Positions 9,787 to 20,039 of a stretch of DNA of 20,039 bases are shown one piece after another. Position 1 is the first letter of the stretch; each line of letters starts with the position of its first letter. The notes beneath the pieces are model-generated. The model made no database searches. It had not been told where the DNA came from and worked only from the letters and a program-made list of their open reading frames with translations. Source of the stretch: Octopus sinensis (taxonomy: Eukaryota). The stretch is taken from NCBI RefSeq assembly GCF_006345805.1, contig NW_021824075.1, positions 1 through 20,039 of the forward strand, in the 5' to 3' direction. A program made the translations under genes and the position numbers.

Positions 9787-10010
9787 TTGTTGTTGCTAAG
9801 CCGCAGGTCAATTCACATTTAGCAGGTCTGTGATCAAAGACATTCCAGCTTTGACCGACCCGTCAGTTTTTCATACATTGTGCATTCAATACCTCTAATT
9901 ATCCAATTTAGTCTTAGATATCACCTTCTTAAGACGATAGGGTGTGATTTAACGGACATTTGGCTGCTATTTCTAGCAGATCGAACCATCACGTAGATAC
10001 TCCTTCATTG
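9787..10010 (-). mobile_element. SINE-like interspersed repeat
   Basis: Minus strand contains ctgctagaaatagcagccaaatgtccgttaaatcacaccctatcgtcttaag and ends in a caacaacaa tail. A related fragment lies at 6198-6380. Confidence 0.55.
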
Positions 10011-10249
10011 AACCGTGCAAAATATAATAGCTTCTATACCCAGTAAAAGCTATTTCATTGCATCGTTAATGTAAAAAAAAATCTATCTCAAAAGCTAAAA
10101 AGAAATCTTTTAGTTTATCTAGATATGATTCCATATTTTTATAAATAGAAAATGTGTTATGATTCCGAACATTTAGAAAATATAATATATTATAGTTCTG
10201 AACGCATAGTTTGTCATATAAATCTGGCTGCTGCTTATTCGTAACTTTT

Positions 10250-11038
10250 CTAATCTTGCATTTTTGTCAGTGGATTCTGAAGACTACAATTTCTTGCATG
10301 GATGATAAGTCAGGGATTATTCTATTGTAACCGTCTTGAGATACCACATCTTTTCGATTTTAATAAGCAAATCTTTATATTTTCTGAGTTAGTCAAATTC
10401 TTTTTCCGAGATATTATGATCACAAGGAATGTTCATGTCGATCAATAAACATACTTTATTATTTTGATCTTTCGTGACAATATCCGGTTTATTAGTTTTG
10501 ATGGTTCTGTCAGTATGTTGTGGAAATTCATAAAGAATCGTTACATTTTCTCCCTCAGTTACAGCCTCAGATGGTGCTTATACCATTTGTCAGCACTTTT
10601 GATTTTATAATGCCGACATATTAACCAGTGTAAATATTGGCCCTACTCCATCATGCCTTGATTGATAATCTATAGGTGCTAGAACTTTACATCCAGAGAT
10701 TAGGTGGTTCACCGTTTCAATTTCATCGTTGTAGTATCGGCATTTCGGGTCTACTCTATTTTTCATTACATTCGCTTGGTAATTTCGGGTCAATATGTTC
10801 TGATCTTGAGCAGCTAAGATGAAACCATCGCTCTCTGCTTTTAGCCCTGAGCTTTGTAGCCACTGATGGGTGTGCTTCTGGTCTACATCAGCTTGTTTGC
10901 TACGGGTGATATATTTGCCATGTAGGGGTTTTTGTTCCCACCTATCAGCCAATTGTTCATACGCTTGTTTTCTTTGCCTTGGATTTTAACTTCCTTGCAA
11001 CAACAGCTGACGCACTTCTATCTTGCTGTTCAACCTGG
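10250..11038 (-). mobile_element. Element A: old 5'-truncated R4/Dong-type RLE non-LTR retrotransposon (C-terminal part)
   Basis: W..KPLHGKY, GLKAESDGFILAAQDQ, decayed CCHC (CRYY...ETVNHLISGC), RHD at 10650-10658, and KYKDLLIKIEKMWYLK near 10330-10390. The 5' junction abuts ttattatt at 11039-11046. Confidence 0.85.
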
Positions 11039-11074
11039 TTATTATTCATGAACTCAGGTGTGCGAGCTAGTAAA

Positions 11075-11310
11075 AGCGGTGAACTGGCAGAATCGTTTGG
11101 ACGCAGAACAAAATGCTAAGCAACGTTTCGTCCTTCTTTATGTCCTGAGTTCAAATTCTGCAGAGGTCGAATTTGCCTTTCATCCTTTCGGGGTCGATAA
11201 CTTAAGTACCAGTTGAGTACTGGGTGAATATAATCTACTGTCCACCTCCCGCAAATTTTAGGCCCTGTGCCTAACAGATTGGATAATTATTATTGTTGTT
11301 GTTGTTGTTG
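11075..11310 (+). mobile_element. tRNA-derived SINE with (TTA)/(TTG) tail
   Basis: A box TGGCAGAATCG (11085-11095), B box GAGTTCAAATTC (11147-11158), core gcctttcatcctttcggggtcgataacttaagtaccag, tail attattattgttgttgttg. Confidence 0.85.
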
Positions 11311-11730
11311 AGTGAAAGAGCAGTGCATGCCATCAAAGTGACACTGGGGTAAAATATACGAAACCCAGCATACCCATCATTAATACCCGTCTGATAAGGG
11401 TACACTAGGCACATGCATCACAACCATATGTGCACGAAATGGTGATCTCATATCAATATTCAAACCCCAAAGAATTCCTCTCTCAACACATGGCTATGAT
11501 GCTCTCCCGCTACTTCTGCTTGTGATCAGAGATGCACATATTATCAGCCACAAAGGGACATGGTCAACTGGTTATGGTCAAACAACTGACAACCAAATCT
11601 GTGGTATTGAGCAGAATATTTGCTGTAGCCCATCTTTTATACCAAGACAAAACAATGTACATGATAACACTTCCAATCAGTTAAGATCAGCAGCCATGGG
11701 AGCCACTGCCTGGTACTGCATCAGGGCATT
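11311..11730. mobile_element. Element X copy 1: non-coding repeat with an internal ~138 bp deletion
   Basis: Colinear and highly similar to 16331-16875 but lacks the segment equivalent to 16478-16615. Flanked by (TTG)n on the left and (TTA)n on the right. Confidence 0.88.
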
Positions 11731-11762
11731 TATTATTATTATTATTACTATTATTATTATTA

Positions 11763-11820
<58 letters not shown>

Positions 11821-11885
11821 TATTTTATTTTTATAGCGTTATTATTATTATATATTATTATTATTATATTATTATTATTATTATT
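11731..11885. repeat. (TTA)n microsatellite
   Basis: Visible directly; lies between X copy 1 and element B. Confidence 0.97.
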
Positions 11886-14800
11886 CTATGTTTGACTTTT
11901 GCTTTATATTTGTACAAGTTGGCTCCAAGTCTCACCCAGAGACCTCAAGAGACAACAGGTTGGAAGTTCATGTTGTTGTTATGCCTAGTGTGCCATATAT
12001 TTGGGGGGTGGGATGTTGTACTAATGAATGTCTAAAAAAAAAGTTTTTTTTTTTTTTTTTTTTTTTAAACCGAAAATTATGTTTGTTTTAAACCTTGAGA
12101 TTACATAGAGAGTATTTTGCGTAGGATATGAGCAGTTCCCATGAGCACTATCTTTTGAACTTCTGCCATTTTTGGGTTTCCTGGTATCTGAGTTAGGTAG
12201 CTATCAGCCCCTTTTGCTATCATTCCCAGGGCACCTATGACAACAGGTATTGTTTTAGTCTTCAGCTTCCACATTTTGCTGATTTCTATTTCAAGATCTT
12301 TATATTTGCTCAGTTTTTGGTAGGTCTTGACAGATACGTTTATATCGATTGGGACAGTCATATCAATGAGGAGGCATGTTCTTTGTTTGAAGTCTTTCAA
12401 TATGATGTCTGGCCTATTTGCATCTATCTTCCTGTCAGTTTGAATGGTGAAGTTCCAGAGGAGTGAGATGTGGTCATTTTCAAGCACTGGGGGTGGTTTG
12501 TGTTCCCACCAGTTTTTTTCATGGGGCAAATCCAGGTTTTTACAGATTACCCAGTGAATATATTGTGCAGCTCTATCGTGCCTGTTGAGATACTCTGTAG
12601 GCGCTAGAAGACTGCACTTGGAGACCACATGGTCAATGGTTTCATTTTGTTGCTTGCATACACGACACGTTGGACTGCTTCTGATCTTTAATATGTTGGC
12701 CTGGTAGTTTCTTGTTGGTAGGCATTGATCTTGAGCTGCTATGATAAACCCCTCTGTTTCAGATTTAAGCCAGAGCCATTAGCCATTGATGGGTCAGGGC
12801 TTTGTCGATATCTGCATTATTCGCTCTCTTTGGGTATTTGCCATAGAGAGGTTTTTCTTGCCATTTATTATTCAGAATATCTAAGGCCGCAGTTTTGGCA
12901 CGGTTTTCATGCGCCTAGCTTTTTCTGTGCTTGTTTCTTGTATATCTATCTCTAATTCCGAAATTGGTTGTATTCGGAATTCACTTAGATATTCCTTTGC
13001 CTGTTTTGTGACTGAGTATGATGCTTTCTTGTTTTCATGTTTTGAGACAAGTTTTAACATCCAGTCCTCAGAGTTTTTCAGGTAGGTGTCTAGGCCAATT
13101 GTAGCAATCTTCATTGTTATTGCCAGTTGCAAAAGACCACGGCCTCCCTCTTTTCTTGGCAGATAGAGTCGTTCTGTATCTGCCTTAGGGTGGTGCATTC
13201 TATGCATTGTCAACAGTTTCCTTATTTTTCTGTCGAGCTGACATATTTCAGTAATTGACCAGTTAACAATATTGAAACTGTAAGTCACGACTGGTATAGC
13301 TAATGCATTGATTGCTTCGATCCTGTTTCTTCTTGCATTCAGCTCTGTCTTGAGTATTGCTCTCACTCTTCGATAGCATTCTCTCCTGATCCTTTCCTTC
13401 ATCTCTGAATGCCTTATTCCGTTCCCTTCAATTACCCCTAGGTACTTGTAGCTCTCCGCTGGGTCTAGTTCTTTTATGACATTCTGTGTGGGTCGGTTAA
13501 CGTTAGATGTTTCTGTCATTTTTCCTTTGATAAAGGTAGCCTTTGCACATTTATCGAGGCCGAATTGCATTCTGATGTCGTCACTGAATTGTTTGACTAT
13601 CGCTAGTAAGCCCTTGAGTTGTTGATCATTTTTTGCAAAAAGCTTTAAATCATCCATGTAAACGAGATGATTTATATTTTTATCAAACATTTTATACCCG
13701 TACTGCGCGTCATTGAGCAGCTTTGAGAGAGGTATTAAGGATAAACAAAAGAGGAGTGGTGACAGTGAGTCACCCTGGAAAATGCCACACGAAATTTTTA
13801 CATCACCAGCATTTAGGGATTCACTGTCACTGTTCAGGTTAGTGTGGTTCTCCATGATCTCATACTTACAGTCAAGAAGTTTCGCAGAGTTGGTGCTATC
13901 TTATACATTTCAAGGCATTTCCTAATCCAGCTATGTGGTAGGCTATCAAAAGCCTTTTTATAGTCTATCCAGGCTATTGATAAGTTTTTGTGTCGTTTGT
14001 GACAATCTTCTAAGATCATCTTATTGATGAGTAGTTGGTCTTTACAGCCGTAGGATCCACGTTTACATCCTTTCTGTTCATTAGGGAATATGCTGCTGTC
14101 TGTTAAAAAACTATAGGTATATTCCGTCAGGACAGATGTTAGTGTTTTGTACATAGTTGTTAAGCAGGTTATGGGTCTATAGTTTTTTTGGTTCATTTGT
14201 TTCTTCACTTTTTGGAAGCAGGAATGTTAACCCATTAACTAGCCAAGGAGGCATCCTACTAGGGTGTTGCAAAGCATCATTGTACAGTTCTGTTAGCAGT
14301 TCATGGCTCTCTGGGAAGGCATTCAGCCAGAAGTTAGGATTTTATCCTTTCCTGGAGACTTCCATTTGCTTGACCTCCTGAGAGCAGATCTTATATCTTC
14401 TACCTTGACACCCTCCCACTTTTGCTCTTCTAAGGGGTCCAGTTCTGTAGATATTCTGTCAATCCAGGGGGCCTTTTCGTTGTGTGTTTTTTCTTCTGCC
14501 CAGATTTTATTCCAAAATCTCTGCACTTCTTCTTTTGATGGTACAGACCCTGCAGTAAACGCTGTTTTTCCTATCTTCCTGTAAAAATTCTTGGTGTTAT
14601 TTTTGAACATGTTGTTGTCCTTGAAAAATCTAACACGCTTTTCATACCTCGCTATGCGGGCAGCTTTGGCAGATACCTTTTGTTTGATGGTTTCTATGGT
14701 GGCATCAATATCAAGTATAGTTTTCATATTGTATTTTTTCAGTAATTTTTGGGTTTTTGTAGGTTTGGTAGTCTTGTGAGCCTTAAGGTTTTTCAAATAT

Positions 14801-15749
14801 TCAATGTCAGATCTAAATATTTTAATTTGTTGTTGCAGACGTTCTTGCCAAGAAGGCTTTTTGTGGGACTGTTGCCGTTTCTAATCTTTACACCACACAT
14901 AGGATCGTTGAGATTTTCGCGGATGCATAGTATAGGTGGTTGAGGTTTGTGATATCAACATCATTAACTGAAATTATATCCTTAAGTGCAAGCCGGATTT
15001 TACCAATTATTTTCATGTTTTGGTTAGAGTTGCGGATTTTAGGAAGTGTATCATCACGCTCATCCATGCTGGTTTCTTAATTTTCAGCCATTCAATCATG
15101 ATTTGATTTTTTAGCTCATGTAGTTCTGTTGGGTCAATATTTGTGTGACTTTCTTTATCTATTTGATGCTCATCTGTCTTAGTGTTTATGATTGGTTCAG
15201 GGCGTATTTCACTTTGCCTATCACTTATACTAACTCTTTCAATCCTCTCTTCGTTTTTATCCGCCCTGGGCTGGTCTATAATCATTTCCTCTGTATTATC
15301 TTCTCTAGCTGCAGCTTCGTTCATTTTCCGATATTGCTTGCCTAACCTGATCAATCTCTACTTCAGTCAGTAATTTCTTTTTTATAATGTTTCTTCTAAT
15401 ATTGGCAAGCTTGTTACTGTCTATGTAGGGTCTTACTTCAGGGTGTTTCTGTCTGTCTCCAGTTTAAGTATGCTTGTACAGTGCTAGACTTATCTGTGGG
15501 GAAATATATGGCATGGTAGAAGGCCTCAAGAACTTCTTTATTACCTTCCCTAGACCATTTTTCCTTCTTTTTCTTTTGATTATTTGGTGATGAGCATGGA
15601 TGGCCATCTGTTGGAATATTCCGGTTGTGGGGGGTCCGTCCAGCTCCTGTGTGTTGGGAAGATTTGGATCCAGTAACTGATTTTTTCAATCAGGATTTGG
15701 TTCAATTTTCGGGTACGTGGTCTTTGTAATCCGCGCAATGACCAATGCG

Positions 15750-15750
<1 letters not shown>
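11886..15750 (-). mobile_element. Element B: near full-length (~3.9 kb) R4/Dong-type non-LTR retrotransposon, frameshifted
   Basis: One ORF broken into track ORFs 15438-15689, 15013-15354, 14323-14796, 13834-14208, 12881-13855 and 12101-12628. N-terminal KWSRE.NKEVLEAFY motif; RT motifs NYRPITCL, KKAFDS, GIFQGDSLSPLLF and YMDD (13649-13660); CCHC knuckle CRVC-x7-H-x4-C; RLE motifs RHD (12575-12583), NRPDI, IDMTVP and KLSKYKDL. ~215 nt 3' UTR; (TTA)n on both sides. Confidence 0.95.
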
Positions 15751-15789
<39 letters not shown>

Positions 15790-15895
15790 TATTATTATTA
15801 TTATTATTAATTATTATTTATTATTATTTTATTATATTATTATTATTATTATTATTATCATCTTATCATCATCATCATTATTATTATTATTATTA
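15751..15895. repeat. (TTA)n/(TCA)n microsatellite
   Basis: Visible directly. Confidence 0.97.
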
Positions 15896-16034
15896 TCGTC
15901 GCTACGTTCTGAGTTCAAATTCCGCCGAGTTCGACTTGCCTTTTATCCTTTAGGGGTCGGTAAGTTAAGTAACAGTGAAACACAAGAGTCGATGTAATCG
16001 ACGAGTCCCTTCTCCCTAAATTTCAGGCCTTATG

Positions 16035-16091
<57 letters not shown>

Positions 16092-16110
16092 CATCATCAA
16101 TATCATTATC
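15896..16110 (+). mobile_element. 5'-truncated tRNA-SINE with long (TTA)n/(TCA)n tail
   Basis: B box gagttcaaattcc, core gccttttatcctttaggggtcggtaagttaagta, end aaatttcaggccttatgc, tail from 16036. Confidence 0.82.
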
Positions 16111-16330
16111 ATTTTCATTATCATCTTTCAATTCTGTTTCAATTTCTTGCCAAATGTCTTCCAGGAACCTAGAAAAAAGCACTGTATACATTGGTAGGCC
16201 ATTAAAATAAACACGCCAGATTGTTCATTTACCAATCATGCGATAGAGGAAAAAGGGAATAAAGACAGAGAGAAAAAGGGAAAATAAAACATAAAAAAGT
16301 TAACAAAGAAACATTAATATTATTATTATT

Positions 16331-16872
16331 GGGTGAGAGAGCAGTGCATGCCATCAAAGTGACACTGGGGTAAAATATACGAAGCTCAGTATACCCATCA
16401 TGACTACCCGTCTGATAAGGCTGCACTGGGCACATGCATCACAACCATATGTGCGCGAAATGGTGATCTCATATCAAGATAAACAGTGCATGACCTTGCA
16501 GGTGGGGCCCATTTAGAATTTTCTTCCAACCGAGTAGCCCATCCTGCTAAAAAGGTCCCCGAATAAGGGTTGTTTAAGGATGTTGAACGAAACACCCATG
16601 TTTCCAAAGGTAAATTATCCAAACCTCAAAGAATTCCTCTCAACACATGACTATGATGCTCCCCCACTACATCTGCTCGTGATCAGAGATGTACATATCG
16701 TCAACCACTAAGGGACATGTTCAACTGGTTAAGGTCAAACAACTGACAAGCAAATCTGTGGTATTTGCTGTAGCCCATCATTTATACCGAGACAAAAAAA
16801 TGTACATGATAACACTTCCAATCAGTTAAGATCAGAAGTCATGAGAGCCACTGCCTGATACTGCATCAGGGC

Positions 16873-16875
<3 letters not shown>
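16331..16875. mobile_element. Element X copy 2: ~545 bp non-coding repeat between (TTA)n tracts
   Basis: Same termini as copy 1 (gagagcagtgcatgccatcaaagtgacactgggg ... actgcatcagggcatt). No convincing ORF, TIRs or pol III boxes seen. Confidence 0.88.

Positions 16876-16933
<58 letters not shown>
16876..16933. repeat. (TTA)n microsatellite
   Basis: Visible directly; lies between X copy 2 and the 3' end of element C. Confidence 0.97.
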
Positions 16934-19361
16934 GCCTTCGCACAGCTTCTAACGTTGTAGGTGTACCACAGTGTCAGCTGTTCACTACCACTGAACTAAG
17001 GTAACACCTTATTTTTCGAGCACTTTCCGGAGTATTCGAGTGGTTCTAAGCAGTGCTGTTTTCTGCAAGCGCTCCACACTTATTGCAGCCCCTATTTGTT
17101 CCGCGTACTTCTCGAGATTTTTGCTCACTGTTCCCAGTGCTCCGACAATTATTGGTACTACTGCTACCGTTTTCATCGACCACCACTACTCAACTTCCCA
17201 AGCTAACCTGTCATGTCTTTCAACTTTTCTTTCTTCCTTATCGCATACCTTGTTGTCTGCTGGGCATGCTATATCTATGATCCAGCATAGTTTTTTCTTT
17301 CTCAATAAATACTATGTCCGGCTTCCTATTCTATATCTCATGGTCACACTGAATCATAAAATCTCATAGGATCTTTGCATTTCTATTCTCGACGATGTCT
17401 TCGGGTTTGTATTCGTACCAATATTTTACTCTGGCAAGTCCATACTTGTTGCAGAGTGTCCAATGGACAAGCCTGGTTATATTGTCGTGGCGTCTCTTAT
17501 ATTCCTTCTGTGCTAGTGGCGTACATTGGTTGGTAATATGCCATACGGTTTCACCGTTTTGTCCACAGATTCTGCACTTATCACTTTCTGATGTGTAGTC
17601 TATTCTGTATTTTATGTAATTTGTTCTTAGTGCTTAGGACAGCACAGATTATAGCCTCCGTTTCCGGTTTTAAATCACTTTTAGTCATCCACAGCTATCT
17701 TTTTTCTCTGTCTATCTTATCTTCAATATCCCTATGAAATTGACCTCCATTCTTTTCTTTACCGATCTATTTTCAGTTTCATTCATTTTTAAATTCTTGT
17801 ATAGTACTTTATTTTTGCAATCTTTCATCCTACTCAGGCCTGATCTTCCTACTTCTAATAATAGCAGTTCTGTGGCATTTTTTAAATACCATGCTATGTT
17901 GTTTTCTTCTGATCTAATACTGTGTTCGCATCCAGTAAGTCCTCTTCCCCCTCTTTTTCTTGGTACATACAGTCTGTCTGTGTCACTTTTTGGGTGGAGT
18001 GACCCATATCTAGTTAGCAACTTCCTTGTCTTTCTGTCTAAGCTGTTTAGTTAACTGTCTACTGTCCATGCGATTACCCCTGCTCCATATCTAAGGAATA
18101 AAACCGCCCAGGTATTGATAGCTTCGATCTTATTCCGTCCATTTATTTTCGACTATAGGATCAATCTCAGTCTGCGCAAGTACTCCACGTTAAATTTTCC
18201 TGTCATTTATTTCTCCATCAATTTATCCATTTCCCAAATCCCCAAGTACTTATAGCCCGTCTCTTCTATCTGCTTCACAACCTCCCCCGACGGTATCGAT
18301 AGCCCATTCATACATTTGATTTTGCCTCTCTTGAAGACTAACACACCACACTTTCTCAGCCCGAACTCCATTCTGATATCAGCACTGAAGTTATACATCG
18401 TATCAGCGAGGGAACTGACTTGGGTTTCATTTTTACCATAAAGTTTGAGGTTATCCATGAATAACAAATGGTTGACGTTTTGCTGGCGGCTTTTGAATAC
18501 AGACCTAGCTTTTGCTTTCCTCAATATCAGTGTTAGTGGTATCATGCACAGTACAAAGATCAGTGGGGACAGGCAGTCTCCTTGGAGATGGCCCTCCTGA
18601 TTTCTACTGTCCCCAAACTTCTTCCGTATCTGTCAGGTCCGTCCTCCAATTCGCCATACTTTTTCCAAACAATCGCTCAATATTCGATGCAATATCAAGT
18701 AGGTTCATGCACTCCATAATCCAAGAATGTGGGATCATATCGTACCCCTTACGATAGTCGATCCATGACATGGCTAAGTTACTTTCCCTCCTTTTGCAGT
18801 CTCTAAATACAGTTTTGTCTATCAGGAGTTGGTCCTTGGAACCTCTGCACCTACGCTTGTAACCCTTCTGCTCATGTGGCAGGACTCCATTTTATTTCAG
18901 ATGTTCGTACATTGACTCTGCAAGTATTCCAGCCAATAATTTCCACATAAGTGGCAAACAGGATATCGGCCTGTAATTGTCTACCGTATTGCCTTTTGCT
19001 ATGATTTTCAGGCACATCGCTGTCCTACCCAATGTCAACCACTCTGGTGTTCCTTGGATGGCATTTAATAAGGTGTTGATTTGCGCAGCTATTCGTGCAT
19101 GACATTCACCAAATCTTTTGATCCAGTTGCCTTTAACTCCATCTGGTCCCGGGGCCTTCCAGTTGCTCATTTTTTCTTGATTTACTTCACTTCCTTAACT
19201 TAAGTAACTAGTTCTGCCTGTTTTGGAGAGACTACTGTTTGTTTCAGTTCTTGCAACCATTCAGCATCCTTCTTGTGCTCCTTGTCTTTGCACCAGATGT
19301 CACTCCTAAACCTTTGACTTTCAATGTTATCAGGTATCAACTTTTCATCTGTACACTCTCC

Positions 19362-19365
<4 letters not shown>
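16934..19365 (-). mobile_element. Element C: 5'-truncated (~2.4 kb) R4/Dong-type retrotransposon of a different subfamily, decayed
   Basis: [24 protein letters not shown], catalytic motif mutated to FMDN (18450-18461), GYKYLG, DTDRLYVPRKRGGRGL, CRIC-x7-H-x4-C, RHD (17484-17492), KPDIV, IDIACP. ORF ends RILRKVLEK-stop with a ~90 nt 3' UTR unlike that of B. (TTA)n on both sides. Confidence 0.93.

Positions 19366-19399
<34 letters not shown>
19366..19399. repeat. (TTA)n microsatellite just upstream of the exon-5 acceptor
   Basis: Visible directly. Confidence 0.95.
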
Positions 19400-19441
19400 T
19401 TAATTTTTGTTATTACTTTTTTCTTAATCTTATTTTCCCAG

Positions 19442-19561
19442 AATAAGATTAATTCGCTGAAGCCAATAAAGTTTGTCCTTGATTACCATCTTCAAAATAA
19501 TGGCTATGGTACATGGTGTAACTTGTGCCCGCTTCTAAAGAATGGAAGTCTAAACGCAACG
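19442..19561 (+). CDS. Integrin alpha subunit exon (end of thigh domain)
   Basis: Acceptor cttattttcccAG and donor GTaagt; 120 nt, phase 0-0. Translates NKINSLKPIKFVLDYHLQNNGYGTWCNLCPLLKNGSLNAT, matching the 'DKLxPIxhxhxYxL...CxxCPhL' segment of invertebrate-type integrin alphas. Has N-glycosylation sequons NGS and NAT. Confidence 0.9.
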
Positions 19562-19862
19562 GTAAGTATTTTCCTTTAACAAGTTAACATGTAACAGGTA
19601 TTTTAATACTTCTCAGCCCTTCTGAAGTCATGAACTTCTTTACTTTCGTAATAATTTGAAATGTATTTTAACAATATCTTTTAAATAAAAATTCAGTACA
19701 AAGGAAAATATCCACGAGATCAGGTGTTTAAAGAAGCATGTTAAAAGGAAGAACCGCCAGGTCACCTGGCTTGGCAAATGAATGTGTCTGTTTCTCACAC
19801 GCTGATACGAAGGGCTTTGGTTTTACAATTTAGAGTGAATGAAGGAATTTATTTCCAATGAA

Positions 19863-19964
19863 TTTATGATCAACTGGCAGGTACTAGAGTTTGTTATTAA
19901 GGTGGGATGTACCATTTCAACTCTCTCTCTTGTGATGGCCAAAGAATTGCTATTGATACGTGCA
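19863..19964 (+). mobile_element. Decayed reverse-transcriptase fragment, possibly HERO-type RLE LINE
   Basis: Frame from 19863 reads FMINWQVLEFVIKVGCTISTLSLVMAKELLLIRA-stop, resembling the 'T.WQ.LE.GI..GCTIS.LLF..AM' RT segment I recall for HERO-like elements. The true extent is unclear. Confidence 0.55.
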
Positions 19965-20039
19965 TAAAGTTTCAAAAATATCAAGAGGCACTTTGCTGTT
20001 TGGCAAGTTCATACATGGTGTTATGAGTAAGGCTTTTTT

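Noticed and set aside
14157-15373. + strand ORFs overlapping elements B and C (also 12725-12955, 13713-13925, 17040-18757)
   Set aside because: They are antisense shadows of the LINE coding sequence.
11886-15750. Element B as an active or domesticated gene
   Set aside because: At least five frame breaks and a TTG at the apparent start, although YMDD and the RLE motifs are intact.
16408-16480. Hammerhead-like CTGATAA...CGAAA in element X (also 11390-11450)
   Set aside because: The core is CUGAUAA rather than CUGANGA, and the sequence after the putative cleavage site cannot form stem I. I also could not fit HDV or twister folds.
11731-16933. Alternating repeat/unique layout as a CRISPR-like or programmed array
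   Set aside because: The repeats are variable-length microsatellites and the intervening pieces are recognisable retroelements in a eukaryotic intron.

Overview
AT-rich, microsatellite-dense animal genomic DNA. The repeat families look like those of an octopus or other coleoid cephalopod (inference, no database search). The + strand carries five internal coding exons of an integrin alpha subunit gene: 1206-1314, 6572-6757, 8333-8527, 9337-9479 and 19442-19561. They join through GT-AG introns with matching phases (1,1,1,0) into one open frame covering the last two FG-GAP beta-propeller blades and the thigh domain. None of them is called correctly by the ORF track. The ~10 kb intron between exons 4 and 5 is mostly a chain of retroelements separated by (TTA)n tracts. 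It holds three different R4/Dong-type RLE non-LTR retrotransposons (one near full length, all on the - strand and all decayed), two copies of a ~545 bp non-coding repeat, and tRNA-type SINEs with (TTA)n tails. Other features are a tandem duplicate of exon 3 that stops just after the propeller/thigh boundary, a possible remnant of a duplicated exon-2 donor, a mariner end, a HERO-like RT fragment and many SINE fragments. The most interesting signals are the (TAA)n-centred retroelement nest with a possible non-autonomous partner, and the duplicated integrin exon.
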